Positions 26,964 to 35,702 of a stretch of DNA of 35,776 nucleotides are shown piece after piece. A program made the position numbers and the translations under genes. Source of the DNA: a virus (Duplodnaviria; Caudoviricetes); the IMG/VR virus record IMGVR_UViG_3300037424_002776, positions 1 through 35,776 of that record. One strand, written 5' to 3'. Every line of letters starts with the position of its first letter. Within the stretch, counting starts at the first letter, position 1. The notes beneath the pieces were generated by a model that saw only the letters and a program-made list of their open reading frames with translations, had not been told where the DNA came from and did no database searches.

Positions 26964-27221
26964 ATGGCAATTACAACACCAATATTGATTTATAGTCTCA
27001 AAGACATTGTATCTATTTTTGGGGAACAAAATACATTTGATGTGAGAGAAGTAAAGGCGGATAAAAAGTGGATTGATGCCTATAACATTCAGATTGATAG
27101 AGTTATAAGGGGTAGGGATATTGGCGAATTGACTCATACGGAGAAAAAGATTTTAAATTTGCTACTACACAAGTGTGTGTATTCCTCCTGGAACTATATA
27201 TTAAAAAAACACTGTAAATAA
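26964..27221 (+). CDS. Hypothetical protein
   Basis: ATG 26964; TAATG coupling to the next gene. Confidence 0.6.
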   Translation: MAITTPILIYSLKDIVSIFGEQNTFDVREVKADKKWIDAYNIQIDRVIRGRDIGELTHTEKKILNLLLHKCVYSSWNYILKKHCK

Positions 27222-27631
27222 TGAAGAAAGTATCATTCGACTTTGACGGAACTCTTAATGAGCATTTCTTCGGGGATGAAAATCCTCAAGAGGATGCAAT
27301 AAAGCAATTATTCGTAGAACTTGTTAATAATGAAGACTTTGATGTATACATTATTACAAGAAGGTTTGGTCCAGAAGATGCTGATAAGGGATTAAAGGAT
27401 GAGCACACTACTGTAATGAATATGCTTAATTCTTTAAACATACAACTTCCAAAAGAAAAATTAATATTTACTAATAGACAGTATAAGTATTCTGTTATTA
27501 ACAAGCTTGGTATTGACATTCATCTTGATGATGACAATAGAGAGCATCAGTTAATACAAAAGTTTACCAACGGAAGCTCAGTAGATGTTCAACAACCTAA
27601 TTGGAGAGAGAAATTTGATGAGCTTCTTTAA
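27221..27631 (+). CDS. HAD-superfamily protein
   Basis: VSFDFDGTL, IITRR, K..IHLDDD. Confidence 0.85.
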   Translation: MKKVSFDFDGTLNEHFFGDENPQEDAIKQLFVELVNNEDFDVYIITRRFGPEDADKGLKDEHTTVMNMLNSLNIQLPKEKLIFTNRQYKYSVINKLGIDIHLDDDNREHQLIQKFTNGSSVDVQQPNWREKFDELL

Positions 27632-27640
27632 AAGAAGCTT

Positions 27641-28027
27641 ATGAGAGAATTGAACACAAAAATAGGCGTTTTCTTAACAACCTATAGCCAATTGGAGATA
27701 GATTTAGAGATAGAACAATACATGGAGAGAAATGACTCCAGCGGTTGCATATTATTTATGGACTCGTTAAGGTCATTTAATCCAGAATCAACATACTATG
27801 TTACAGAAAAAGAGGCAAAGAGATTTACTGGACTTGAAAAAGGGAAGAGTAAGAAGAATCCTCATAATATGTACACCAATTATAAGGGAAATCCATTCGG
27901 AATTCCAATAAACGAGACCAAATTGTATTTTATAGACCCTATACTAAGTCTAAAGTCAGCATTTGAGGCAGCTATTCCAGAATTCAATTTTGATAAAGAT
28001 TTCTTCCATGTTCGCATAGTTAAGTAA
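27641..28027 (+). CDS. Hypothetical protein
   Basis: 128-aa ORF in operon. Confidence 0.7.
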   Translation: MRELNTKIGVFLTTYSQLEIDLEIEQYMERNDSSGCILFMDSLRSFNPESTYYVTEKEAKRFTGLEKGKSKKNPHNMYTNYKGNPFGIPINETKLYFIDPILSLKSAFEAAIPEFNFDKDFFHVRIVK

Positions 28028-28051
28028 CATTTTTTGTATTTTTGCGTATAA
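28026..28051 (+). promoter_or_regulatory. AAC-N16-CGTAT promoter
   Basis: AACAttttttgtatttttgCGTATAA. Confidence 0.85.
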
Positions 28052-28084
28052 AATAGAGAATCTAAAAATTAAAACGCAGAATTT

Positions 28085-28639
28085 ATGGAAAACAGAACTT
28101 TTTGGCAGAAAAACAAAGCTGTCATTATTACAGGTGGAATAGTATTACTACTCTCCATTATTTACATGGGAATGTCAATTTCCTATAATAATCACGCAAA
28201 TCAACTGGAGGTTTCTGCCGATAAGAAGGTTAAGGCGAATAAGGTTGATTATGATGCAGTTTGGAAAATTCTTAGTCAACAAGCAGGCGTTGTAGACAAA
28301 TATCAAGAATCATTCAAGGAAATCTACATTGGATTGATGGAAGAACGTTATTCTGATGGTCAAGGACAACTTATGTCATGGGTTCAAGAGCATAGCCCAA
28401 ACTTTGATTCCAGTTTGTTTACTAAACTCATGAATACAATTGAGAGTCAGCGAACAGATTTTGCAACACGTCAAAAAGAGCTTATTGCAATAGAGGAAGA
28501 ATATAACAAAATGTTAGTAACTTTTCCTGGTAGTTGGTTTGTTGGAGACAGAGAGCCGATGGACAATGTTGTTGTAACCAGTACGCAGACTGAAAAAGTT
28601 TTTGAAACTGGAAAAGAGGATGACATAGATTTATTTTAA
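28085..28639 (+). CDS. LemA-like single-TM helical protein
   Basis: N-terminal TM followed by SYNN; C-terminal EEYNKMLVTFPGSWF. Confidence 0.6.
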   Translation: MENRTFWQKNKAVIITGGIVLLLSIIYMGMSISYNNHANQLEVSADKKVKANKVDYDAVWKILSQQAGVVDKYQESFKEIYIGLMEERYSDGQGQLMSWVQEHSPNFDSSLFTKLMNTIESQRTDFATRQKELIAIEEEYNKMLVTFPGSWFVGDREPMDNVVVTSTQTEKVFETGKEDDIDLF

Positions 28640-28644
28640 TAATC

Positions 28645-28670
28645 AAAAGCCCATGAATATGGGCTTTTTT
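28645..28670 (+). terminator. Intrinsic terminator/attenuator
   Basis: aaaagcccat-gaat-atgggctttttt. Confidence 0.8.
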
Positions 28671-28683
28671 AAATTCTTTAACT

Positions 28684-29886
28684 ATGCTAATTTGGCTTTT
28701 AATGATAGTGCCAGTCATTGCTACTATCATTATGTTTTTGGTATTTGATGTTAAAAAAATAGCTTGGTGGGAATACGCCCTATTATTTGGAGTATCAATA
28801 ATTGTAATTTTTATTTCTAAACTTATAATAGAAACTTCTATGACTTCTGATACTGAGTATTGGAGTGAATTAGCAATTGAAGTTGAGTATGAAGGTGCAT
28901 ATGATGAATATATTCATAAAACTTGTGAAGACTGTGAGACCATAACGAATGATGATGGCTCCACTTCTGAAGAATGTGAAGAATATGATTGTTCATATGT
29001 TGAAGATTATGGTCCAAGGTATAGAATAAAAGGAACCAGCCAAACTATTAGTATTTCAAAATCTGAGTACAATAGAATCAAAAATAAATGGGGTAACGAG
29101 AAAAAGACTGGAAGCCATCCAGAATCATATAGTTATGATGATGGAATTTATTCTTCATTCTGGTTAAATAGAAGAGAGTTGGCAGAATGCATTGTTACAA
29201 GTCATAGATATGAAAATAGAGTTCAAGCAGCTCACACTGTTTTTGATTTCCAGGATGTATCTGAAGAAGACAAAAAGAACTATGGCCTGTACGATTATCC
29301 AGAAATTTATGAAGGATATAAGCAAAAAAACATTCTTGGATTTGGAGATGAAACACAGGTTCAGGCTGAGAAAAAAATGCAACTTTTAAACGCTGAGTTA
29401 GGCCCCAAAAAACAAGTTAAAGCATTTATACTAATATTCAGAAATAAATCTAAGCAATCTGGAATTATGCAAGAGGCCTATTGGGAAGGTGGAAATAAAA
29501 ATGAATTTGTGCTAACATTGGGGGTTGATAATCAAAACAACATTCAGTGGGTTCACTCATTTACTTGGGCCGAGCATTCCATTGTTAAAGTAGAAATCAA
29601 TGACTACGTAATGCAGCAAGGGCAGTTGAATCTTTCTAATATTTCTGATTTTATGTACGATGAATTGAATAATAATTTCGTAAGAAAGCAATTTTCAGAA
29701 TTTAACTATCTTACAGTAGAGCCAAGCGGCTCCAGCATTGTTTGGTCAATGATTGTTTTAATTATAATCACAATTGGCTTAGTTTTTTGGTTTGTATCCA
29801 ATGAGTTTGATGATGAATTAATGAGCAAAAGCAATGGTTTTAGGTTGAACAAAAGAAAGATTAAAAATATTTGGCCATTTCATTAA
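28684..29886 (+). CDS. Membrane protein with a large extracytoplasmic domain
   Basis: Two N-terminal TMs, Cys-rich segment, YWEGGNKNE motif, C-terminal TM. Confidence 0.8.
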   Translation: MLIWLLMIVPVIATIIMFLVFDVKKIAWWEYALLFGVSIIVIFISKLIIETSMTSDTEYWSELAIEVEYEGAYDEYIHKTCEDCETITNDDGSTSEECEEYDCSYVEDYGPRYRIKGTSQTISISKSEYNRIKNKWGNEKKTGSHPESYSYDDGIYSSFWLNRRELAECIVTSHRYENRVQAAHTVFDFQDVSEEDKKNYGLYDYPEIYEGYKQKNILGFGDETQVQAEKKMQLLNAELGPKKQVKAFILIFRNKSKQSGIMQEAYWEGGNKNEFVLTLGVDNQNNIQWVHSFTWAEHSIVKVEINDYVMQQGQLNLSNISDFMYDELNNNFVRKQFSEFNYLTVEPSGSSIVWSMIVLIIITIGLVFWFVSNEFDDELMSKSNGFRLNKRKIKNIWPFH

Positions 29887-29924
29887 AAATTTACTACCTT
29901 CGCCTAAATCAAAAATAAATTATT

Positions 29925-30689
29925 ATGGGATGGTGGAATGCAACTATCTACGGTGGAGATACAGCTCTTGACTGGAGAGAGAAAATTTACTTAGCTTGTG
30001 AAGCTCCAGAGTATGGAGAAGACCACAATGAAATTCCAGTACCAACAGAATTATTGTCTAATAAGGTTTCTGAAATTATCAAGTTAATTGATGAAAACTC
30101 GGATGATGAAGATGATAAAAACATCGGATACCAAGTCCTTGGAGCAATCATTATGCACTCTGGATTTGATATTGATGAATCTGAAGGGCTGAGGGATAGA
30201 ATTATTAAGGCTTCTGAGGATGATGACTATGCAAAGGATGATTTCTTGCGAAAAAATGTCATGAAAAACTTCAAAAAGCTTATCAAGGACTATGATTGTA
30301 GTCAGCCAATTAATGTAATGGCCGTTAACATTCTTGAGGAAACTGAAGATGATGATGAGCAAATTGCAAAAGAATTTAAACAAGTATTTGAGCTTATGAA
30401 AGCTCGAATGAAGAAACTTGAATCTGGTAAAGAGGAAAAATCTGGCTCTGAGGATTATGACCAAGGATTCTCTGATGCCAATCAAGAGGAAATTGACTTC
30501 CTAAAAGACTTCATGGATTTAATGTCCAAGTTTGAGATGATGGGAGTTCTTTTTGAAAAAATTGCCCAAGGGCTTGTTGGAAATCCAGTATCATCTGGCT
30601 CAGGTGATATGGCTAAATCTGCTTCACCAATGGGTAAAGCATCTTCTAACAGTTCGCCAGGCGCTGGTAAAGACATCATGCCAGGATAA
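29925..30689 (+). CDS. Acidic hypothetical protein (N-terminus DUF4259-like)
   Basis: MGWWNATIYGGDTALDW; preceded by TACCTTCG, a variant of the -7 element. Confidence 0.7.
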   Translation: MGWWNATIYGGDTALDWREKIYLACEAPEYGEDHNEIPVPTELLSNKVSEIIKLIDENSDDEDDKNIGYQVLGAIIMHSGFDIDESEGLRDRIIKASEDDDYAKDDFLRKNVMKNFKKLIKDYDCSQPINVMAVNILEETEDDDEQIAKEFKQVFELMKARMKKLESGKEEKSGSEDYDQGFSDANQEEIDFLKDFMDLMSKFEMMGVLFEKIAQGLVGNPVSSGSGDMAKSASPMGKASSNSSPGAGKDIMPG

Positions 30690-30732
30690 ATAAGGTGTCT
30701 GCGTTTGGAGAGACGCAACAGAGAGCAACAAG

Positions 30733-30757
30733 AGCCGCCCAGAGTGGCGGCTTTTTT
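30733..30757 (+). terminator. Intrinsic terminator
   Basis: agccgcc-cagagt-ggcggctttttt. Confidence 0.88.
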
Positions 30758-30762
30758 GTTGA

Positions 30763-30788
30763 AACATTTTTGAGTTGTTGACGTATAA
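30763..30788 (+). promoter_or_regulatory. AAC-N16-CGTAT promoter of the operon containing the ECF sigma fusion
   Basis: AACAtttttgagttgttgaCGTATAA. Confidence 0.85.
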
Positions 30789-30813
30789 CTAAGGATTTAA
30801 AAAAATAATTACT

Positions 30814-31035
30814 ATGATTGTATCAGGATTGCCAATTTGGATTGTACTTGCTATAGCATTACTAATCACTCTTGTTTATTACTGGAGATACAGAAAGACT
30901 TGGATGGGCCACGGGCTTGTCGTTCTTCTTGTGTTTGCACTTAACTTCTTCTTCTTTGCTTGGGGAGTTATTGTATTCCTTGCTGGAGAAATAATTCGAA
31001 GCAAGATGAAGCAGCCCAAAGATAAGAAAAAATAA
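30814..31035 (+). CDS. Small two-TM membrane protein
   Basis: Two hydrophobic helices and a basic tail. Confidence 0.75.
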   Translation: MIVSGLPIWIVLAIALLITLVYYWRYRKTWMGHGLVVLLVFALNFFFFAWGVIVFLAGEIIRSKMKQPKDKKK

Positions 31036-31039
31036 AGAT

Positions 31040-32143
31040 ATGCCAACTCTAACGTGTCAAAATCCAGAGTGCGAAAAAGAATTTGAAGGACGTGTTCAAA
31101 AGAATTACGTCAGCAAGTTTTGTTCTAATCAATGCTCAGCAGATGATAGAAAAAATCGCCCTGAGATGTATGACACCAAAAAGCTCGGATTTCAAAAGGG
31201 TCATAAGTCTTGGAACGCTGGTACTAAAGGCTCCAGTGTAGGAAGTACTATAATACGTAAAAGAACACTGGATAGCGGTAATGTAAAGCGCCTTAGGTTT
31301 ATAAACGTTGGTGTTGACCGCAGTGGGTTTACAAAATACGTTAGATATGATAGGTATGTCTGGGAGCAAGCTAATGGACCGCTTCCACAAGGGCATGCAA
31401 TCTACCACAAAGATGGTAGAACGCTTAATGATGAGCTTGAGAACCTGGAGTGCATTCCAATTGGAGAGGCTTTAAGTAGATATGCCGCTACTGGAGAAAA
31501 GGTTTACGACCTTCAAAATAAGAAGCATGTCAGAAAAATAATAAAGGCTTGCATGGCCAATGATAGGAGAGTTCAAAAAATACTCTTCGATATGTGTTAT
31601 GATAAGGGGATGTCAGTTGCTATGCGATATGCCAAAGATAATGATTCGGCTCAAGATATTTTGACTGACGCTTTCATAAAAGTTTTCAACAAGATTGATA
31701 CCTTTAATATTGTGGGAAGTCTTGAGGGTTGGATTATGAAGATAATCGTTAACACCGCACTTGATTCTATCAAAAAAAACAAGAAAATCTATGTGATGGA
31801 TTCAGATGACATGTCATCTTTTGATGGTATGACTTCAGAGGATGAAGATTTTGAATTTGAGGGAATGAGTGAGATTAAAGAGCTTCCTGCAAATGAAATA
31901 CTTGAAGAAATTCAAAGATTATCTCCAGGATACAAGGTGGTATTTAACTTGTTCGTATTTGAAGGTTTAACTCATAAGGAAATTTCGGAAGAACTTGGAA
32001 TAAGCGAGGGAACCTCAAAATCAAATCTATCAAAAGCAAGACAAGCTCTTAAAGAGAGGGTGAAGGTTTTGGTTGATAAAAAGAATATAAAAGAACGTGG
32101 TATCAAAGAAGCATATAGGCTTCACGACCTTGAGAGAGTCTAA
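31040..32143 (+). CDS. Zn-finger + degenerate HNH domain fused to an ECF sigma factor
   Basis: CQNPEC..FCSNQC; RYVWEQANGPLP..YHKDG..LND.LENL; sigma2 AQDILTDAFIKVF..GSLEGWIMKIIVNTALD; sigma4 LSPGYKVVFNL..EGLTHKEISEELGISEGTSKSNLSKAR. Confidence 0.88.
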   Translation: MPTLTCQNPECEKEFEGRVQKNYVSKFCSNQCSADDRKNRPEMYDTKKLGFQKGHKSWNAGTKGSSVGSTIIRKRTLDSGNVKRLRFINVGVDRSGFTKYVRYDRYVWEQANGPLPQGHAIYHKDGRTLNDELENLECIPIGEALSRYAATGEKVYDLQNKKHVRKIIKACMANDRRVQKILFDMCYDKGMSVAMRYAKDNDSAQDILTDAFIKVFNKIDTFNIVGSLEGWIMKIIVNTALDSIKKNKKIYVMDSDDMSSFDGMTSEDEDFEFEGMSEIKELPANEILEEIQRLSPGYKVVFNLFVFEGLTHKEISEELGISEGTSKSNLSKARQALKERVKVLVDKKNIKERGIKEAYRLHDLERV

Positions 32144-32153
32144 ATTTAGAAAA

Positions 32154-32330
32154 ATGGAAGACGTTATTGTTATAACAGAGAATATGTTTGATGCCATGGT
32201 TTTTGGCAATCCAGTTTGCGTTGGTGGTGTGTGGATTTCACTTCCACCAAATTCAGAAATTAAGTTGTTTGACATACTTGAGAAGAAGTTGGCCAAAGAA
32301 TATGGACTTGATGTCGAGGAAGAAGCGTAA
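32154..32330 (+). CDS. Hypothetical protein
   Basis: ATG 32154 preferred over the overlapping GTG. Confidence 0.55.
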   Translation: MEDVIVITENMFDAMVFGNPVCVGGVWISLPPNSEIKLFDILEKKLAKEYGLDVEEEA

Positions 32331-32553
32331 AATAGAATTGAGTAGAAACCTTGATTTACATGGCGTTCGACACGCAGATGTTGACAGGGTGGTTGAGAAT
32401 CATATTTTTATGACAGCATACCCACACGACATCATAACGGGTAATTCTGCAGACATGCATAGACTTGCTAAGGATGTTCTTGAGAGACATGGATTTAGAT
32501 ATGAGATAGGAGATATTAATAATAAAGGATACCTGAGGGTGCTTGGATATTGA
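32311..32553 (+). CDS. Stand-alone Smr-domain protein
   Basis: LDLHGV and IITGNS motifs, C-terminal N.GYLRV; ATG 32311. Confidence 0.75.
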   Translation: MSRKKRKIELSRNLDLHGVRHADVDRVVENHIFMTAYPHDIITGNSADMHRLAKDVLERHGFRYEIGDINNKGYLRVLGY

Positions 32554-32555
32554 TT

Positions 32556-33044
32556 ATGGAAAAAATAAAATGGATTTGGCCAATACCATCTGTTAATTGT
32601 AAAATTCCAGATTCAGAGAAACCTGGCTCATTTGGGTTTGTCAGAAAACATGATGTTCATACTGGTATCGACATTTATTGTGAACCAGGAGCTGAGGTTG
32701 TAGCTGTTGAAGATGGGGTTGTAAAACATGTAGAAGAATTCACGGGTTCTAATGCAGGTTCTCCTTGGTGGAATAATACAGATGCCGTATGGATTGAGGG
32801 CAATAGTGGTGTTGTTGTTTATGGTGAAATTGAGGTTGATGTTAAAGTGGGGCAGAAAATTTCGGCAGGAGATATTGTTGGTCGTGTTAAAACCGTATTG
32901 TTAAAAAACAAAGGTCTTCCTATGACAATGCTACATATTGAGCTTTACCATTCATCTATGAACGAAACAGTTTGGTGGAATAAAGGAGATAAAAAACCAG
33001 GAACATTGTTAGACCCAACTACTTACTTAGATAAATTAAACTAA
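32556..33044 (+). CDS. M23/LytM-family peptidase domain (degenerate active site)
   Basis: HTGID, VVAVEDGVV, VKVGQKISAGDIVG, MLHIEL, DPTTYL. Confidence 0.85.
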   Translation: MEKIKWIWPIPSVNCKIPDSEKPGSFGFVRKHDVHTGIDIYCEPGAEVVAVEDGVVKHVEEFTGSNAGSPWWNNTDAVWIEGNSGVVVYGEIEVDVKVGQKISAGDIVGRVKTVLLKNKGLPMTMLHIELYHSSMNETVWWNKGDKKPGTLLDPTTYLDKLN

Positions 33045-33052
33045 AAATAATT

Positions 33053-34111
33053 ATGCGACACAATCATATCTTCCCAGCAATAGGAGACACATGGAAATCA
33101 ACTGAAGAGAACATGCACTTTCATCGTGACATGACTTATAAGATTTCTAAGATTTTTCAATCCAGCGAAGGAATTATCATATATATGACTGATAAGTATG
33201 GTTGGGATGTTCCAAAGAAACTTGGTAGTTTTGAAGCTACTGGAAAAACCATGACAGACATGTTCAAGAGGATGAAGACCTCACGGTTGAATTTTATGAT
33301 TGAATCTGGAGCAGAACTTCTTCTTTGCAAAGGACATCACTATGACTGGGAGAAAAACTCTTTCTTTAATCTTGGGCTTAATGTTCACTATTTGTCATAT
33401 CCTGGAGCAATAGGTTGTATAGAGGAATATAAGATAGAGTTTCCGAAGGAAGGCAATCGCAAGCACTTTACTCAGAGTAGGGAGATGATTTACAAAAAAG
33501 AGGAAATCTACAAGTACTTTGATGAGAGGCTTACTGAGGATGAGTGGGATTGGAAATTTCACTTGCCAGGAATTAATACAGATGTTCAATATAACATCGA
33601 CTTCAAGCAATATGTGAAAGATTCTCAGTTCCCTCTGTTTGTAAAGACAGTAAACGAATTTGACGAATTAGATTTGCCACATGAGTTTCTCCAAAGAACA
33701 ACTAATTGGGCCAAGAAAAGCTTTGAGCAATTTGAGAGTGAAATGTGTAGAATGATTTTTGATTCTGATGCTGAAAATTCAATTGACGATACTGGGGTCA
33801 TTAAGGACATCATGATTGCATACAGAGACCTTCCTTCTTCACACTCAGCAACATCTGTGTCAAAATTACTACTTGGTAAGTCAAAGGTGAAGAATAAGAA
33901 TGTAGCTGACCTTGAGGGTAAGTACGCTGGGCTATTGAAGCAGACTCAAATGTTTGAATTAGCTTCTGCAGTTGAAGCATTCCTCTATCACAAGAAGATA
34001 TTTGCCACCAAGGAAGAATATTCTTCTGGAGAAGAGTGGAGAGGTGCCTTCGAATTTATTGGAAGCAAGCACATCAACACTAAAGAACTTGATAAAATTT
34101 TAAATTCATAA
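33053..34111 (+). CDS. Hypothetical protein
   Basis: 352-aa ORF with no recognised motif. Confidence 0.8.
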   Translation: MRHNHIFPAIGDTWKSTEENMHFHRDMTYKISKIFQSSEGIIIYMTDKYGWDVPKKLGSFEATGKTMTDMFKRMKTSRLNFMIESGAELLLCKGHHYDWEKNSFFNLGLNVHYLSYPGAIGCIEEYKIEFPKEGNRKHFTQSREMIYKKEEIYKYFDERLTEDEWDWKFHLPGINTDVQYNIDFKQYVKDSQFPLFVKTVNEFDELDLPHEFLQRTTNWAKKSFEQFESEMCRMIFDSDAENSIDDTGVIKDIMIAYRDLPSSHSATSVSKLLLGKSKVKNKNVADLEGKYAGLLKQTQMFELASAVEAFLYHKKIFATKEEYSSGEEWRGAFEFIGSKHINTKELDKILNS

Positions 34112-34114
34112 ATT

Positions 34115-34936
34115 ATGTGCATTACATCAGCGAAAGCAAAACTATCGAAGACAAGAATCATGTCCATGGCTCTTGATAATGGAAGACACTTGTTGTCTTA
34201 TAGCAACAAAGCTCAGAATATGTCTGGCAAGAAAAACTCAATGATTCTGGCAATTCCAGGTAAGTTAAAAAAAGAGTGGTTCATGGATACTACCAATTAC
34301 AATAAGTTTTTGGAAAATATTGAGGACCAGGCTCACTTGGATTATGACGAGAGTCATGGAATATATTCAAGGGGGTTTTCGTTTAAATCTAAGGGGTTTG
34401 ACCGATTTAATGTTGGAATGTACGACATTCTAATTGCAGAAGATATTAGAGATATTGTAGAGCGACTTGGAGTTACGGGTCCAGAAATTTCTGAGGAACT
34501 GATTAGTTTCTTTGAAAATCACTACAAAGGATGGGGTTTCGTATTTTGTATATTTGATGGGAGCGAAGAAATGGATTCTCAACCAGTAACTTTTGAGTAT
34601 GAACCCTTTCATTACAATTGGCTTTATTTCCCTACAATGGATTCTCATGGTGGTGGAGCGCCAAATCTTAATGAAAAAGTTGATATGGACCACACCCTAA
34701 TCTATGAGTACCCAGGTCTTGTAGACAGAGTTGTTAATGAAGTGAAATTTACTCAAGAGGTTCCAGAGGTTCTAAAGAGAAGAAATTATGTAGCAACTAA
34801 GTGGAAGGACTCCATCATTAATGGAGACATGTACGTTAATTTCGAAACACTACAAAAATATGCAAGTGATAAGAAATTTTGTTACGATGGATTCAAAAGA
34901 TTGACATCGCATCCAGAGTCAAAAATATTTGCATAA
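34115..34936 (+). CDS. Hypothetical protein
   Basis: 273-aa ORF; HLLSYSN..NSMILAIP, VGMYDI, YFPTMDSHGG look like family motifs, but I cannot name the family. Confidence 0.8.
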   Translation: MCITSAKAKLSKTRIMSMALDNGRHLLSYSNKAQNMSGKKNSMILAIPGKLKKEWFMDTTNYNKFLENIEDQAHLDYDESHGIYSRGFSFKSKGFDRFNVGMYDILIAEDIRDIVERLGVTGPEISEELISFFENHYKGWGFVFCIFDGSEEMDSQPVTFEYEPFHYNWLYFPTMDSHGGGAPNLNEKVDMDHTLIYEYPGLVDRVVNEVKFTQEVPEVLKRRNYVATKWKDSIINGDMYVNFETLQKYASDKKFCYDGFKRLTSHPESKIFA

Positions 34937-34953
34937 CATTTTGTTAACATTAT

Positions 34954-35001
34954 AAAAATGGCTAAAACCAATTAAATATTGGAATTTTAGCCATTTTTTT
35001 T
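34954..35001 (+). terminator. Long-stem intrinsic terminator
   Basis: aaaaatggctaaaa...ttttagccattttttttt. Confidence 0.8.
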
Positions 35002-35092
35002 GTTTTGTATTGATAATTTTTATAAATTTGATTATATTTATAGGTATAAGTAGTTAACGTTACGTTAACATTGGGTAATCAAAAACAATATT

Positions 35093-35650
35093 ATGAAGAA
35101 ATTTTTATTAACACTTGTGATTTGCATGCTTTCTATTTTTTCATTCGCATCTGAGGTAATCGAGATAGAAAAATACGAAAATGGAAACACTAAATACGAA
35201 GTAATATCTCACCCGACTGTTGATGGCGATATTTTTGAATACAATGCGTATTACGAAAATGGGTCTTTTATGATAAGTGGCATGTACAATGAGTATGGTC
35301 GTAAATCTGGTTTTTGGTCTACTTATTACGAGAATGGTCAAATTGAAAGTCGTATATTTTACAGCAATGGTATCAGAAATGGAAAGGGCTTATACTATGA
35401 TGTAGATGGTTCAGTACTTGCTCAAGATGAATACAGATATGGAAAAAAGCATGGAATTTGGGCTCAATATAGTGAGGATGGCAAGTTACTTTGTCAAAGA
35501 GAATATAAGAGAGATAAGAAACATGGAACTTGGAAGCAATTTAATGATGATGGTAAAATGCTTTTAGCAACTGATGAGTACAAGAGAGGAAAGTTGATTG
35601 AAGGTTGGTCTTGGAGCGAGAGCCAAGGGCTGATAGCACGTTATCCATAA
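35093..35650 (+). CDS. Exported MORN-variant repeat protein (YwqK-like)
   Basis: Signal peptide ending SFA; repeated YYENG / KKHG.W..Y..DGKL units. Confidence 0.85.
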   Translation: MKKFLLTLVICMLSIFSFASEVIEIEKYENGNTKYEVISHPTVDGDIFEYNAYYENGSFMISGMYNEYGRKSGFWSTYYENGQIESRIFYSNGIRNGKGLYYDVDGSVLAQDEYRYGKKHGIWAQYSEDGKLLCQREYKRDKKHGTWKQFNDDGKMLLATDEYKRGKLIEGWSWSESQGLIARYP

Positions 35651-35670
35651 TATTTGAACATATATTTTTG

Positions 35671-35700
35671 AAAGCAGGTCCAAAAGACCTGTTTTTTTTT
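35671..35700 (+). terminator. Intrinsic terminator
   Basis: gcaggtc-caaaa-gacctgt followed by a T-run. Confidence 0.85.
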
Positions 35701-35702
35701 GA

